Positions 45,501-56,857 of a stretch of DNA of 64,000 bases are shown here, piece after piece; position 1 is the stretch's first letter, and each line of letters begins with the position of its first letter. This DNA is from Plasmodiophora brassicae (Eukaryota). The position numbers were made by a program, and so were the translations under genes. The notes below the pieces were generated by a model, which was not told the DNA's origin, searched no databases, and saw nothing but the letters and a program-made list of their open reading frames with translations. The stretch lies in the NCBI GenBank assembly GCA_036867785.1, contig CP145427.1, forward strand, positions 310,001 through 374,000. Reading direction: 5' to 3'.

Positions 45501-48500
45501 TCGCAAACAAACGCCGGGTACCTGCAGCGTTCAATTCGTTACACTCGACGTCCGCAGGAAGCCATGATGCTTACCATCTGGTTTCCGGGGAACACCCTGG
45601 AACACGCGGATCATACCAATCCGCGTTTGATGAACAGCGGTGACACTGTAGTTGGCAGCCATGCGTTCCAGTTCCAGTTCGCCTGCAAGTGTCGGCTCCA
45701 GATGGCGAAGAAGCCGGGTCTCATTGTAGTCTGGCGCCTCGAACGTGAACAGTCGCGGGTTTTCTAGATCAGCAGCAGGCCCATCTCCTGACATGTGACA
45801 TTAGAACCATGACCAACGAGTCCCGCCTTGGTACGAACCTTCGTCATCGCCTCGAAGAATAGAAGGCGGCCGTACGACACCATAAGTCACACGCGCGCCA
45901 GAACACAAGGAAGCAAACTGCATGGTTAGCTGTCGAAGATCATCTGCAAGTCCATCGTCATCCCCGTTGTCGTGTGCAAAGCAGGCATACACAGCTTTGC
46001 AGGGTTGGAGAACGTTCGGCAGTTCTCGGTGCAGAGTCTCCATATCGTCCGCCCAAATGGTCACACCCATGACGTCGCCTCCAACTTTCGTCACAGTAGT
46101 CATCAGAGACGTGACAATCGTTTGCTGCGTAACGTTTCCGATTGAAGAATAACTGCGAAACAGACGGCGCGCGTACACCTCCAGCGCAGTCAGACGAATT
46201 GCAGGACTTTGCCCAGATGCCAAGATCCTAAACAGAACGTCAGATATGTCTTGCGAGCGGTCGGCCAGTGCCGTGAATATGGCTTCAGGCGATTCTTCGC
46301 CTCTGGACTCGTATTGAGCCACAGCAGCTTGCAATAATGTGCGAACAGCAACAATACGCTGGGCCGCGTTCGGCAACGACGCCTGCGTAAGAATCCGTCG
46401 AGAGTGCATAACGACCGAATCGTAACAAGGGCCGCCATAACGAAGGCGACATAATCGGCGAATGTAAGGTAAAAAGTCATCGCGAAGAGGCGCAAGGTCG
46501 GACTGTACAATGCCTAGTAAACGAGTGACCAAATCGGCACGCGTCTTTAGCGCTCCATGAGATACAGCGATCCGGGCAACGTCTTCCAAGCAATTCGGGG
46601 CCTTGGTGGACGATTCCCACTCAAGCGTTGAGAACCCACGGCACAACTACGCGAAGCAGTGAGTATAGCGAATGGGAACGCAGACGATTTAACCATACAC
46701 TTGGACCGGATTTGATGTCGCCAAATGAAACGCTCCGGCGAAGTCGGTTGATGACAAATTCCGGTTGGACTGAAGATGCTGCTGCAACTCCAGCGAAACG
46801 CTGTTCGACAGAAAAGAAACGATCAAGCAGATTCCCGATGGTCTGGACGGTAAACGCCTTCTGGCCACCCCTGAAACGGTTAAGGAACTCTCGCAGTTCG
46901 GGTTCTTCGACGCTGTAAATCTCGAGAATCCGCTCCAAATCCTTGACCGGGAACGCTGGCAGCGACTCCCACTGGAAACGCGGTTTCTTAATCGCATCGC
47001 GGTACGATGCGATGATGCTCCAAATCTCGCTTATGCAAGCTTCAGGGACGTTTGCACGCCCACGGAGGGCAGGTAGGATGCAGTCAAGCTCGTAGACTGG
47101 CAACAATGGATCGCGCAGACCAACCAGCAGGGATTGTAGAGATCGTGAAACAGAAGACGGCGATAGCGCATAACCGTCAAGGCAATTGATGAGAGTTTTC
47201 TCGGAACACTTGAAGTCGTCATGGTAAGGAGCAACGCTCTTAACATTAGGGGAAGTGCATGGAAACACACCATTAAACTCCACTATCTGAACAGCGGATG
47301 TAGCTGCAGGGTCAGCAAGGTCCATTTGCAGAAGAACATCGCCTGCAGAGACAACGTTGCCAGCGACACAAGTATGATGGACCACACCGTCTTCGCGGGC
47401 AAGCAGAGGAATGTACATTTTCATGACCTGCAAACCAAGAGTAAGGATAGCTACAGAGAAAGCTAACCAAAAATACCGACCTCCATCTCAGCGAACAATT
47501 GACCCCGAGTCACTGGCGCGCCATCTGGGACGGTGTACCGGACAAGTTTCCCGCTCATCGGAGCGCGAACAGTAGAAGCATCGTATTCTCCAGTGAATAC
47601 GCACGTGGCCCCATTGATGACAACCCGCAGAGGACAGGAAGGGGAAGCGTCATATCCGTACATAGAGTAGTTCCGGCTCTCAAATGTCAACAGCAGCGTG
47701 TTGTTGGCCGTTTCACGTACTTCAACGAGTGGGTAAGTGACGTCGTTGATGGTTATTTCTAGACAGGACGGCCCAGACAAATTGGCATGCACAGCGTACT
47801 TGACACCCTGAACCGGAACCAGAATCAAATAAACTGCATGTTAACTCTACAATTAACCGTACCTGGTAGATAAGGTCAACAGCGAATGACATCAATTCGG
47901 CATTATCATCAGGATAAATCATCTGGCCACGTTCAAGGCGTGACATAAAATCAGCCATAGCAGAACGAGATTTTCCCCAAGCGACAAAAGCGGCCGACAA
48001 GATTACAATAACTCGAGCAGTCAGCCTGGGCGATTGCTACCGCGCAGTTAGCCAGATGGGTTTGACAACCAGACACAAAAGAGAACAGTACCTGTGATAC
48101 GCTTTGAGTTGCCTGAGTCTCGAGCCACCGCGTGTGCGTCGCATTCTGGGTGAAATCATCCGTCTCGAGGACGGCCCGAAGGTACTCAATCGTCGTCCGG
48201 ATTGCACCTCTGACGCTTAGTTCCTTCAACGCCATGCACATATGCAACCGCGCGTGCTCACTGGAATATTCGATTAGCTAGTTTCGAAAACGAGTTCGGC
48301 TAGTTGCCGTACCGGTCAGCGCCAACAGCGAACAAGTGGCCAAACTGGGAATCCGCGAATTCATGGACCCCACCTCCGCTTGAGATGGAAAAGTAACCCC
48401 AGACGTTTGGAGTTGAACGGAAATTGAGGTCTTCCAACGATCCTTTTGACGTGTATCACGATTAGGCAGGTATACCACATAGTGAATTGGCATCTACCTG

Positions 48501-50061
48501 ATGTTGGTTGGAAGTTGCTATCAGGATTTTCTGCAGTAATTCGGCATGCGATAACGTGACAGGCAGGCTGGCACATGTGTGCCGTTTCGAAATCAATTAC
48601 AGGTGACGAGGTTGACGAGGCAGGGGTCACGAAAAGCCGTCGAATGTCAGGTATTTGGTACAAAGGGATTCCCATGGCTACTTGCAATTGAGCCGCTGGA
48701 AGGTTCACATTTGAAATCAGCTCGGTTACAGGATGCTCCACCTACATCCTTTACGTCAACAGCGGCATTCCGAACGCGGTTAGTATGGGCTTACCTGAAG
48801 GCGAGGATTCAGCTCGAGGAAATAGTACGAGTTGGTTTCCTCGACGTAGAGATATTCGACAGTACCTGTGCCATGCGAACATGATCAGACTACCAAGATG
48901 CACAAATTGTTCCACACGAAAACCCTGAACCTGCTCCGACATAGCCCACTTCTCTGGCAAGTTTCACAGCGCTTTGCTCCATCTGAGCCCAAACGTCAGG
49001 GGGCGCCACGACCACGGGTCCTTCTTCGATGATCTTCTGGTGGCGACGCTGTATCGAGCAGTCCCTGCCGTACAACGAGATTGCATTTCCGTACTTGTCC
49101 GCGAGAAGTTGAACCTCTAGGTGGCGACACTTTGGGGCCATCTTCATCAGAAAAACTGGAGAGCCGGCAACCTGACACGAGTTTAGTCAGGAGGCCTGGA
49201 GGCCTGCTGCGATCCCAGTGCATTGAAGCAACAGCGCACCTCGGCTTGTACAGCAGTGAACGCAGCTGGGACATCGGCAAGGGAGTCGCACCTCCGGATA
49301 CCTTTGCCCCCACCTCCTTCGCTAGCCTTAATCATGATAGGGAAGCCAATCATTTCGGCAAACCGCGTCGCCTCCTCGCAGGTTGTTGCACATGCGCTGC
49401 GAAACAGTTCAGATGGAATCGGCTCACCTTGTTTGTACTGGAGCAGGATCTCGGACCCGGACCACGGCAGGCAGGGTACACCTGCCGCCTGAGCGATCAA
49501 ATGCGATGCAATTTTGTCACCTAGAGCGGTTTCAGCACAGCGTATCGACATTCTGTTCCGTACTGGGTCACCAAGAGCTCGCATAGCCTCAGGGCCCGGG
49601 CCGATCCACGTGATGTTGGCAGCCAGCAGTGCCTCCGCTAGTTCCGGGTTTTCACTGGCATGCCCCCATCCCGGCCAAACCGCATCGCTGTGGCTGCGGA
49701 TGGCCAACTGTACGATCAGGCGCACATTGGCGTAATTGTTGACGTTCGATCCGCCCGGGACCTCGACTGTGGGGACATCCCGTGAATGAACGCTGAGGAT
49801 GGCAACGGGTAACGTACGCAGCTGATCCGCCATGTGAATGTATTCAGCGCCGGCGGCGACGTCTTCGGGCGTGGCCATCACGACGAACTGCGTGGCCTCA
49901 TCGGCGCCCCACGTTTCGTACGCGAACCGGCGCAGCGACCGTATGCATTTGACGGCGGCGATGCCGTTCGACGCGATCAGGATGCGGCAGAGCGGGCGCT
50001 GGCCGCCGTGCTCCCTGACATACGCGTCGACCTTCTCTCGATACTGCCGATAGTCATCCAT
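42508..50061 (-). CDS. ACC1: Homomeric acetyl-CoA carboxylase (BC-BCCP-CT), multi-exon
   Basis: [57 protein letters not shown], biotinylation site [51 protein letters not shown]. Confidence 0.97.
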
Positions 50062-50332
50062 GCGGCGACGCCACTCTCAAAATGACCCGCCCCCCGACGT
50101 TCGACGCACGCGGAAGCCCTCGGTACGGGGCACCTATGCGGCTATGCGGGCACGCCGCATGCGCCACGGCGACTCGGGTGTCCTATTCTGGGACGCCGAT
50201 GTGTAGCTCGCGACTTGCTTGCCCCAGTCGACATTGTAGCTTCTGCCCCGCAGGCAGCAGTTCTGCTGGGGTCGACTGGGAGATCGGTTTTGTCGAAGCG
50301 TCAGCTGCCAATGGTCTATTATTGACTACTAC

Positions 50333-50992
50333 CTAGTCGTCGCTGGCGCGAGTGACTTTGATACTGAGCGTGGTCGTCGTGCCGTCGCGGAACAGAATGT
50401 CGATAGCGCATTCGGTTTCGATGGGCACGCTGAGCATAGATGATGGCTGCCATTCACTGACGGGGAGTTCGTGACGATTACTCTTGATGCGAGCGGATAT
50501 CACTGGATTGCAAAACATGTTGGTTGGTGGCGCCCACGACAGATACATATTCGGTGCAGAGTGCAGACCTTCTGGCGGTAGGTCCTGGTGGCGAAATATG
50601 TATGCGGTCGATGAGCTTCCAATTGGTTTGATGGGTACCATGATTTCGAGGATGGCTGGCCGTTCGGGGGGATCGCGTGCGAAACAGCGTTCGCTAATTG
50701 TCATGCGGTTCCACGACAGACGATGCTCATAAGGTGTCGACAAGTCTGGCAACATGTCAATGGTGTAACTGTCCAGCTGGAATCCCGTCGTCGCTGGGAA
50801 TCGCCAGACCTCTCCAGTCCCAACCTGGACACGGACAACCCAGTCCATGCCGGCAGAACGATCGTTATGGGGCCGTGCGATCTGACCCATCGGTCGACAC
50901 AGACATAAATGATAACCTCCGAATGGGCTACCGGGACCTTGTCCCAATATATGCGAGGTTAATGTGGAGTATGTAACGATATCATTGTACAC
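50333..50992 (-). CDS. Hypothetical protein (possibly the 3' part of a decayed gene extending to ~51660)
   Basis: 219-codon ORF with no recognised motif; upstream coding-like segments contain in-frame stops. Confidence 0.35.
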   Translation of the reverse strand: MYNDIVTYSTLTSHILGQGPGSPFGGYHLCLCRPMGQIARPHNDRSAGMDWVVRVQVGTGEVWRFPATTGFQLDSYTIDMLPDLSTPYEHRLSWNRMTISERCFARDPPERPAILEIMVPIKPIGSSSTAYIFRHQDLPPEGLHSAPNMYLSWAPPTNMFCNPVISARIKSNRHELPVSEWQPSSMLSVPIETECAIDILFRDGTTTTLSIKVTRASDD

Positions 50993-51628
50993 CGAGAGCC
51001 GCGCTCTGTAAACCTAACTCCAACTAATTAAGCACCTTACTCGCGGCCATATCCAACTTACAATCACCTCGATAGCCAACAAGTCATTGAGATCCTGGAG
51101 AGGTGTCCACCTGAACTCCGTCCGCGCCACTGGCCGTACTTTCATGCGATACCAGGCACGTCATTCTCCTCGCACGGTAAAGGTCGGGAGCTCCTATGCA
51201 CGCACGATCATCAGACGACAATATATACTTACAGCATCTCCTCAGTGCACCTGCCGGTCGTCGGCCTTGGAACGCGCGCAACATGCCTTTATAGTCGACC
51301 CCGAATTGCATGAGGACCTCGAGGTTGCGGTCAATGTCCTCGATAGGGACGGCGCTGTCCAGGTCCAGGTTAGCATCGAACTGAATCTCGTGTCGATCCT
51401 AGAGCTGAATCAGTTCGAGCACAAGCCTACGAACTTGAGGGTGCAGTGACGGCTGGCCGTGGGATCTCGATTTCTCGAGATCCAAGTCCATGGGTGGCCG
51501 GCCGGAACAGCCAGGCCGGGATGTCCAAGGATACGTTCACCAGTACTAAGGATCCGTACGTAATGCAAGGGTGTTTAGTATTGGATACGCACTCGCTGAT
51601 GGTGTTGAATCCCTCTGGAAATGCGCAT

Positions 51629-53143
51629 TCAGTGCAGCGGACGGTAAACGTCCGGTACACATTGCACTACTGAGCACAGGAGCCTGCTGAACCGCTTCTT
51701 GATGACATGCGCTATGGCGCGCAGGCCAATGGGGTTAGAGTTGCGGCTACGGAGGTCACACATCAAAGCCGCAAGCTGCGAATTATAGCCATTCTCCTTA
51801 GCCATACGCAGCGCCTTCTTGAAACCGGACGAACTAACCTTGAATCCCGGGGCCTTGACAAGCAGCTCTGCGATGTCCAAGTCGCCGTTCTCCACGGCGA
51901 CCGAAAATGGGTCACCCGCATTGATATCAATGCCAGGAGCCTTCACCAAGACCTCAACAACAGCCAGAAAACCTTTCTTGACGGCCACCATCAAGGGGGA
52001 TCCAGCGTTGGTATCGATTCCGGGAGCTTTCACCAGCAATTCAGCAATACCAACAACGCGTCCATTGACGGCCAAAAGCAATGGGCTGCCAGCATTGACA
52101 TCGATTCCGGGAGCGCTCAACAGCAATTCAGCAATATCATAACGGCCGCTCTGGATGGCCAGCAGCAATGGGTTGCCAGTATTGGCATCGATTCTAGGCG
52201 ACTTGACGAGTATCTCGACGATATGACGAAGATCGTGTTTGACAGCCTTGCAGAGGGGTGTCATCTGGGCATGATCGAGCACGTTGACATCGATTCCGTT
52301 GATGCTGGCTAGCAACTTGACAACGTCTTTAAGCCTGTGGTCCACGGCCCAATGCAGTGGTACGGTTCGTGTCGGGCCAATCCTGGCGTCGGCGCGGGCA
52401 AGCGCCTCGATGATGTGACGAAGCCGGCAACTAGACGTGATCGTCGACGGGTTTGTTAGCCAATGCAATATCGCGTACTGCAGGGGGATTATGCTGTCCT
52501 GGCCGACAGCGTCGAGATCAATACCATCGGCATTCACCAGCACGTTGACAACGTCGACGCGTTCATGGAGGACTGCCAAATGGAGTGGCGTATTATGGTC
52601 TTCGTCGCGGGCATTGACTGCGATCTTGGGAGCCTCTATGAGCAACGCGACAACGGCGGAATGCCCTTGAGACGAGGCCAAGTGCAGCGGCGTCCGCCCT
52701 GTGGGGTTTCTGGCCACCGCGTTGACGAGAATACCAGGAACACTCAGTAGGAATTGGACAACGACTGTTTCTCCATGGTATGCAGCCCATTGCAGCAATG
52801 TCAGGTTATTGTGCCACTGTCCCATATAGTTGATGAATAGGGCATTGCCTGATCCAGTGAGGAGGCGATGACGAAGCGTGTCGACGACGGACTTCCTTTG
52901 GCGAGTATCAGCGACATGCCGGAGGCGCTCGAGTGCAGGAGCACGGTCAACCAGGAGCTGGAATGTCTCTGCTTCTAGCACGCCGCGCATGCTCGAAATC
53001 GTGGCCCAATTGTTGACAGATGCGGAGGTAATTCGGGCAGCAAGGGCGTCCAGCGAGAAAGCCATGACGGAAGGAGCGAGCAGACTGGCAATCAGGAGCA
53101 AGTACCCTGCCTGCGCAGGCCGGTTGCGATTGCTGATGGACAT
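51629..53143 (-). CDS. Intronless secreted ankyrin-repeat protein (effector candidate)
   Basis: Signal peptide (YLLLIASLLAPSVMA); repeats GRTPLHLASSQGH, HNTPLHLAV, and tandem GIDxNAGxPL units. Confidence 0.9.
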   Translation of the reverse strand: MSISNRNRPAQAGYLLLIASLLAPSVMAFSLDALAARITSASVNNWATISSMRGVLEAETFQLLVDRAPALERLRHVADTRQRKSVVDTLRHRLLTGSGNALFINYMGQWHNNLTLLQWAAYHGETVVVQFLLSVPGILVNAVARNPTGRTPLHLASSQGHSAVVALLIEAPKIAVNARDEDHNTPLHLAVLHERVDVVNVLVNADGIDLDAVGQDSIIPLQYAILHWLTNPSTITSSCRLRHIIEALARADARIGPTRTVPLHWAVDHRLKDVVKLLASINGIDVNVLDHAQMTPLCKAVKHDLRHIVEILVKSPRIDANTGNPLLLAIQSGRYDIAELLLSAPGIDVNAGSPLLLAVNGRVVGIAELLVKAPGIDTNAGSPLMVAVKKGFLAVVEVLVKAPGIDINAGDPFSVAVENGDLDIAELLVKAPGFKVSSSGFKKALRMAKENGYNSQLAALMCDLRSRNSNPIGLRAIAHVIKKRFSRLLCSVVQCVPDVYRPLH

Positions 53144-53909
53144 TATCGATGAAACTCGATGATGTTGAACGCGACAAGCCGAGAACGATAGCGGGCGACA
53201 ACGCGAGAGTTGCGCGGCGGAGGCGTCCGTTTGTTTTTAGGAGCCTTGTCCAACAGGTATGTATACCGCAACCTATGTAGCTTGACGCCGAATCAATTCC
53301 AATTTTCACCATCAATCTCGAGACCGTGCTCTAATAACGTTCAAGTGGTACGTGGCATTGCCTTCTAAGGACGGAGCTTGGGCATCCAAATTCGTTATTG
53401 AGATTTCGCTGGCACGGAATCAGCTGCAACCCGCGGGATCCCTATAATCTATCCTGAGCGCCAACAACCTGGGCTTAATTGACCCATTTCTGCAAAGCAA
53501 CCCCGAACATCAGCAAGCGGGAGCGATATTTCTAATTAAGGTCCACGGCGAATCCATCTGGCGACAGCAGCGGAGAACGTAGAAGTAGAAATGGATGTGT
53601 GCCGGACCGGCGAAAATCATATTGTGTCGCGGTCGATGTCAGCAGCACCGACGAATAGTCTGATATCAGCCCACATTGTGAAGGCGATAGGCCCCGGATA
53701 TTGCCGATTGATGGTCTATACACATGATTACACTTGGCGCCGACATCGTACGTAGCGCTCATCTACCCCCGAACACGTCAGCGGCCATGGGCGAAAGGAC
53801 GCTCAACAACAGACGCGTGAATGGCTTCACGCGTCGTTTGTTGGGGATGTCATCGTTGCATTTTTACCAGAGAATCACGAACTTTGCTGCCAGTACTCGT
53901 TGGAGGGTT

Positions 53910-54224
53910 TCAATGCAAAATGCAAAGCCCGCCGCATTCCGTGCAGCACTGGCAGAGAGCAAATCCGCATGTGTCGCATAACGGGCATTTGCAAGGAAAG
54001 CTGTGGCATACGATACAGCATTGCGAACACGGTAGGTTCCCACCGCACCCAGGGCATGTCAAGCTTGCACATGGATTGTCCGTCATTGCATCATATCTTG
54101 ACTCCCTGAGGCTCGGAAGGTTGTTGTTGGACAGAAGATCTCGACTCTGCTCTGTTGGCATAGCACAGGAGACTATGAGAATGGACACTAGCGTGGCCAC
54201 CAAGGCAGTCGCAAATTGCTCCAT
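53910..54224 (-). CDS. Small secreted cysteine-rich protein
   Basis: 104 aa; signal peptide MEQFATALVATLVSILIVSCA; 16 Cys in the last ~53 aa. Confidence 0.75.
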   Translation of the reverse strand: MEQFATALVATLVSILIVSCAMPTEQSRDLLSNNNLPSLRESRYDAMTDNPCASLTCPGCGGNLPCSQCCIVCHSFPCKCPLCDTCGFALCQCCTECGGLCILH

Positions 54225-54853
54225 GCAGGCAATGAGGGCACTGGAGAGTTCGAGCAGAAAGAGAAGCGGCTGATAGTGCGATGCGCCCGCCGGACACTAC
54301 CTCGTCGACGAACGTGCTGGGGTTGCGGATGCAGTTCTCAGCGCAAGGACGATACCGGTTGGGCTTGTGCCGCGGCGGACTGCGGGAATCAGATGTTGAC
54401 AACTCCGCGGATCAGACTGCCAGCGGCAAATGTTCTGCGCATTTTCATACAGGCAAAATTTCGATACTCATTTTTTTGGGAGGGGGCACAGGACCGTACG
54501 GATCCATCCACGGAGTCTCGGACAATCCTTGCAAGGCCTCTGCCAGTGGATGCCTTCCAAAAATACCTTAGACCACGAATCTGCCTAGACCCGCAATCTC
54601 TGAGCGAAATTAGATCGGTTCCAGGATCCGTCTTAGGTCTGCTGAGACCGCGAAACGGTCTCCTTAAATACAATACCAGACGCAGATTCTTACAATCTTA
54701 CATTTATCTGTGCGGAGTCCGTCTTCGCCTTCCGACTATTTACATTCCGCATTTACATTATTTCTGCGAGGCCAACCGTGTAAGTCATCAGAGAAGCCCA
54801 TTGTGAAATGAAATTGGGGTAGAGGTTACCTTAGTCTGAATCAACCGTATCCT

Positions 54854-54925
54854 TCCGAGATAGTATAGTGGCCAGTATTCGCCCCTGTCACGGGCGAGAC
54901 CGGGGTTCGATTCCCCGTCTCGGAG
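54854..54925 (+). tRNA. tRNA-Asp (GTC)
   Basis: TCCGAGA/TCTCGGA acceptor stem, anticodon arm CGCCC-CTGTCAC-GGGCG, T loop GGTTCGATTCC, T-run downstream. Confidence 0.96.
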
Positions 54926-56401
54926 TAATATTTTGGACAGCAGTACCTATTTCAGATCAATTCCGGGCGGTCTCACGGTTGTGTTTTTGCCCACCCACGT
55001 CCTCAGCGCTTTATCTGAAGAACGATTTCCCGGGCGACACGTCGGGATGCTGTAGTACGCATACTGTGATCCAACAGCCTCTTGCTTGGTGTGATATCCT
55101 CAATGTAGCCTGTAGACCGGATCGCCCAATACTAAGCCACGAGTGCAGCTGCTCTGCAGGCCCAGCCTTGGAGGGGAACCGATCGTGGCAGTGGGTCAAT
55201 ATTTGTCCAAGCCAGTAATATTGGTGCCATGCGATTACGTTGCGGGCCACGTCCGCTCTGACTTCCCAATCGGTCGTATACTCCTAGCGGCGCCAGTGGC
55301 GATATCGGGAGTCGAGGACGCCAATATGGACAATGAAAAGCGGAATCTCGTCATCCGCGAGGAATGGAGGTTAATTCGATGCGGTCAGGAATGAGGTCAG
55401 CAATATACGGTTCGAGTTGGGGCAGGGGAAATACATTCTGGATGCGGAAATCGGCAGGAGTATCGAGTCCGAATGCAGCCGGGATTGGTATTTACTCGAC
55501 CGGAAATGGACCTAAGAAACCTTTGACATGACCGCAGGTCTTTAGTGAGTCATTGCATAGCATCACCAGGTCGCCCACTTGACACTCCTTTGAGACACAC
55601 GGAGCGGTCGGCGTTGTTGGACGAAAACTCTGCAACCGGAAGCAGGGGCATCCAGCTCTATGTTAAGTGAATGACGTACGCGCGAAGGTACATTCTTGCA
55701 CACGGCTTGGATTGACCCGCTTGGTGTTTGACCAACGGATGCGAGATGTCGATACGTACGACGGCAACGAAGCAATCCTTGACCTGCATGCGCGAGCATG
55801 TACTGTTGGCCAACCGGAGCGAATGCGGCCGGATTCGTAACTGAATAAACGTCCACGGCGATCGTTCGAAGGCTCGGCAGATGTTTAAAATGTCTGAGTG
55901 CGACACGAATGTTATATTATTATAGGGTGTTTCGACACGATTGTCCCGGCAAAACGGATTAACTATATCTGCCGAGGCGGATCATCGTCGCGGACGTTCA
56001 TTCAATCACCGAACGGCGCGGCGGAATATTGCGCGACTTTACGCCCGTGGTATGCGAGACGTGGTGTCCGGGTCGAATCACGACGAGTCGTCGACATACT
56101 GTTGACCGTGCCGTGCTCTATACACGTATAAAGCTATTGACAATCCGGCCGCAAGGGAGCTAGCCTGGGGCACGGCCACCGTCGTGTCGATTCCCGATGC
56201 GGTGCGTGTAGCAGCTGAGTAGCACGGCATGTATGCGCATTGTGAGCCAACATGAACTACGTTCCGCCAGCTAGCTCGGAGCGCTGCCCGACGTCGTCAA
56301 ATGCAGAAATTCACAAACGTGCTTTTATTCTGGTGACTGCGTAAGCGATAAGAACGGAGTAGAGTCGAATTATAAACGCGTCCAAGTTTATCAAGCCTCG
56401 A

Positions 56402-56473
56402 TCCGAGATAGTATAGTGGCCAGTATTCGCCCCTGTCACGGGCGAGACCGGGGTTCGATTCCCCGTCTCGGAG
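56402..56473 (+). tRNA. tRNA-Asp (GTC), identical second copy
   Basis: Same 72 nt as 54854-54925, followed by an oligo-T Pol III terminator. Confidence 0.96.
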
Positions 56474-56857
56474 AAACCCTTTTTTTCAATGTTCGACTTC
56501 TATCGGATTGCCTGATGGTTAATTCGTTGTCACTGGCGCTCCTTCCATACCTTGGCGCCCACGAGCTCTGCAGTCGTCCTTCATATTGACGAGCCCATCA
56601 AACGCCCCAGAGTCGCCGGTAATCGTCTTGATGACGCGGCGTCCGGAATCGCGGAGCACCTGGGTGGCCCATCGGAGCACGCGGCACAGAAGCGTCGTTG
56701 CTCCCGTTGACGTTATACCATTACCAGGCTATATATAGGCCGCTCGGCTTCATCGATCCAGATTGTGATACCTCGTGTGATCCTGGTTCCGATCCCGCCA
56801 TTTCTGTTACATTGGCGGTGCGTGTTTGCGGGAGGCGTCGACGTTGGGCACGGCGGG

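Noticed and set aside
42508-50061. Fragmented ORFs suggesting a frameshifted pseudogene
   Set aside because: The breaks coincide with short GT-AG introns of acetyl-CoA carboxylase.
54640-54665. Hairpin GAGACCGCGAAACGGTCTC
   Set aside because: Short isolated stem with no supporting context.
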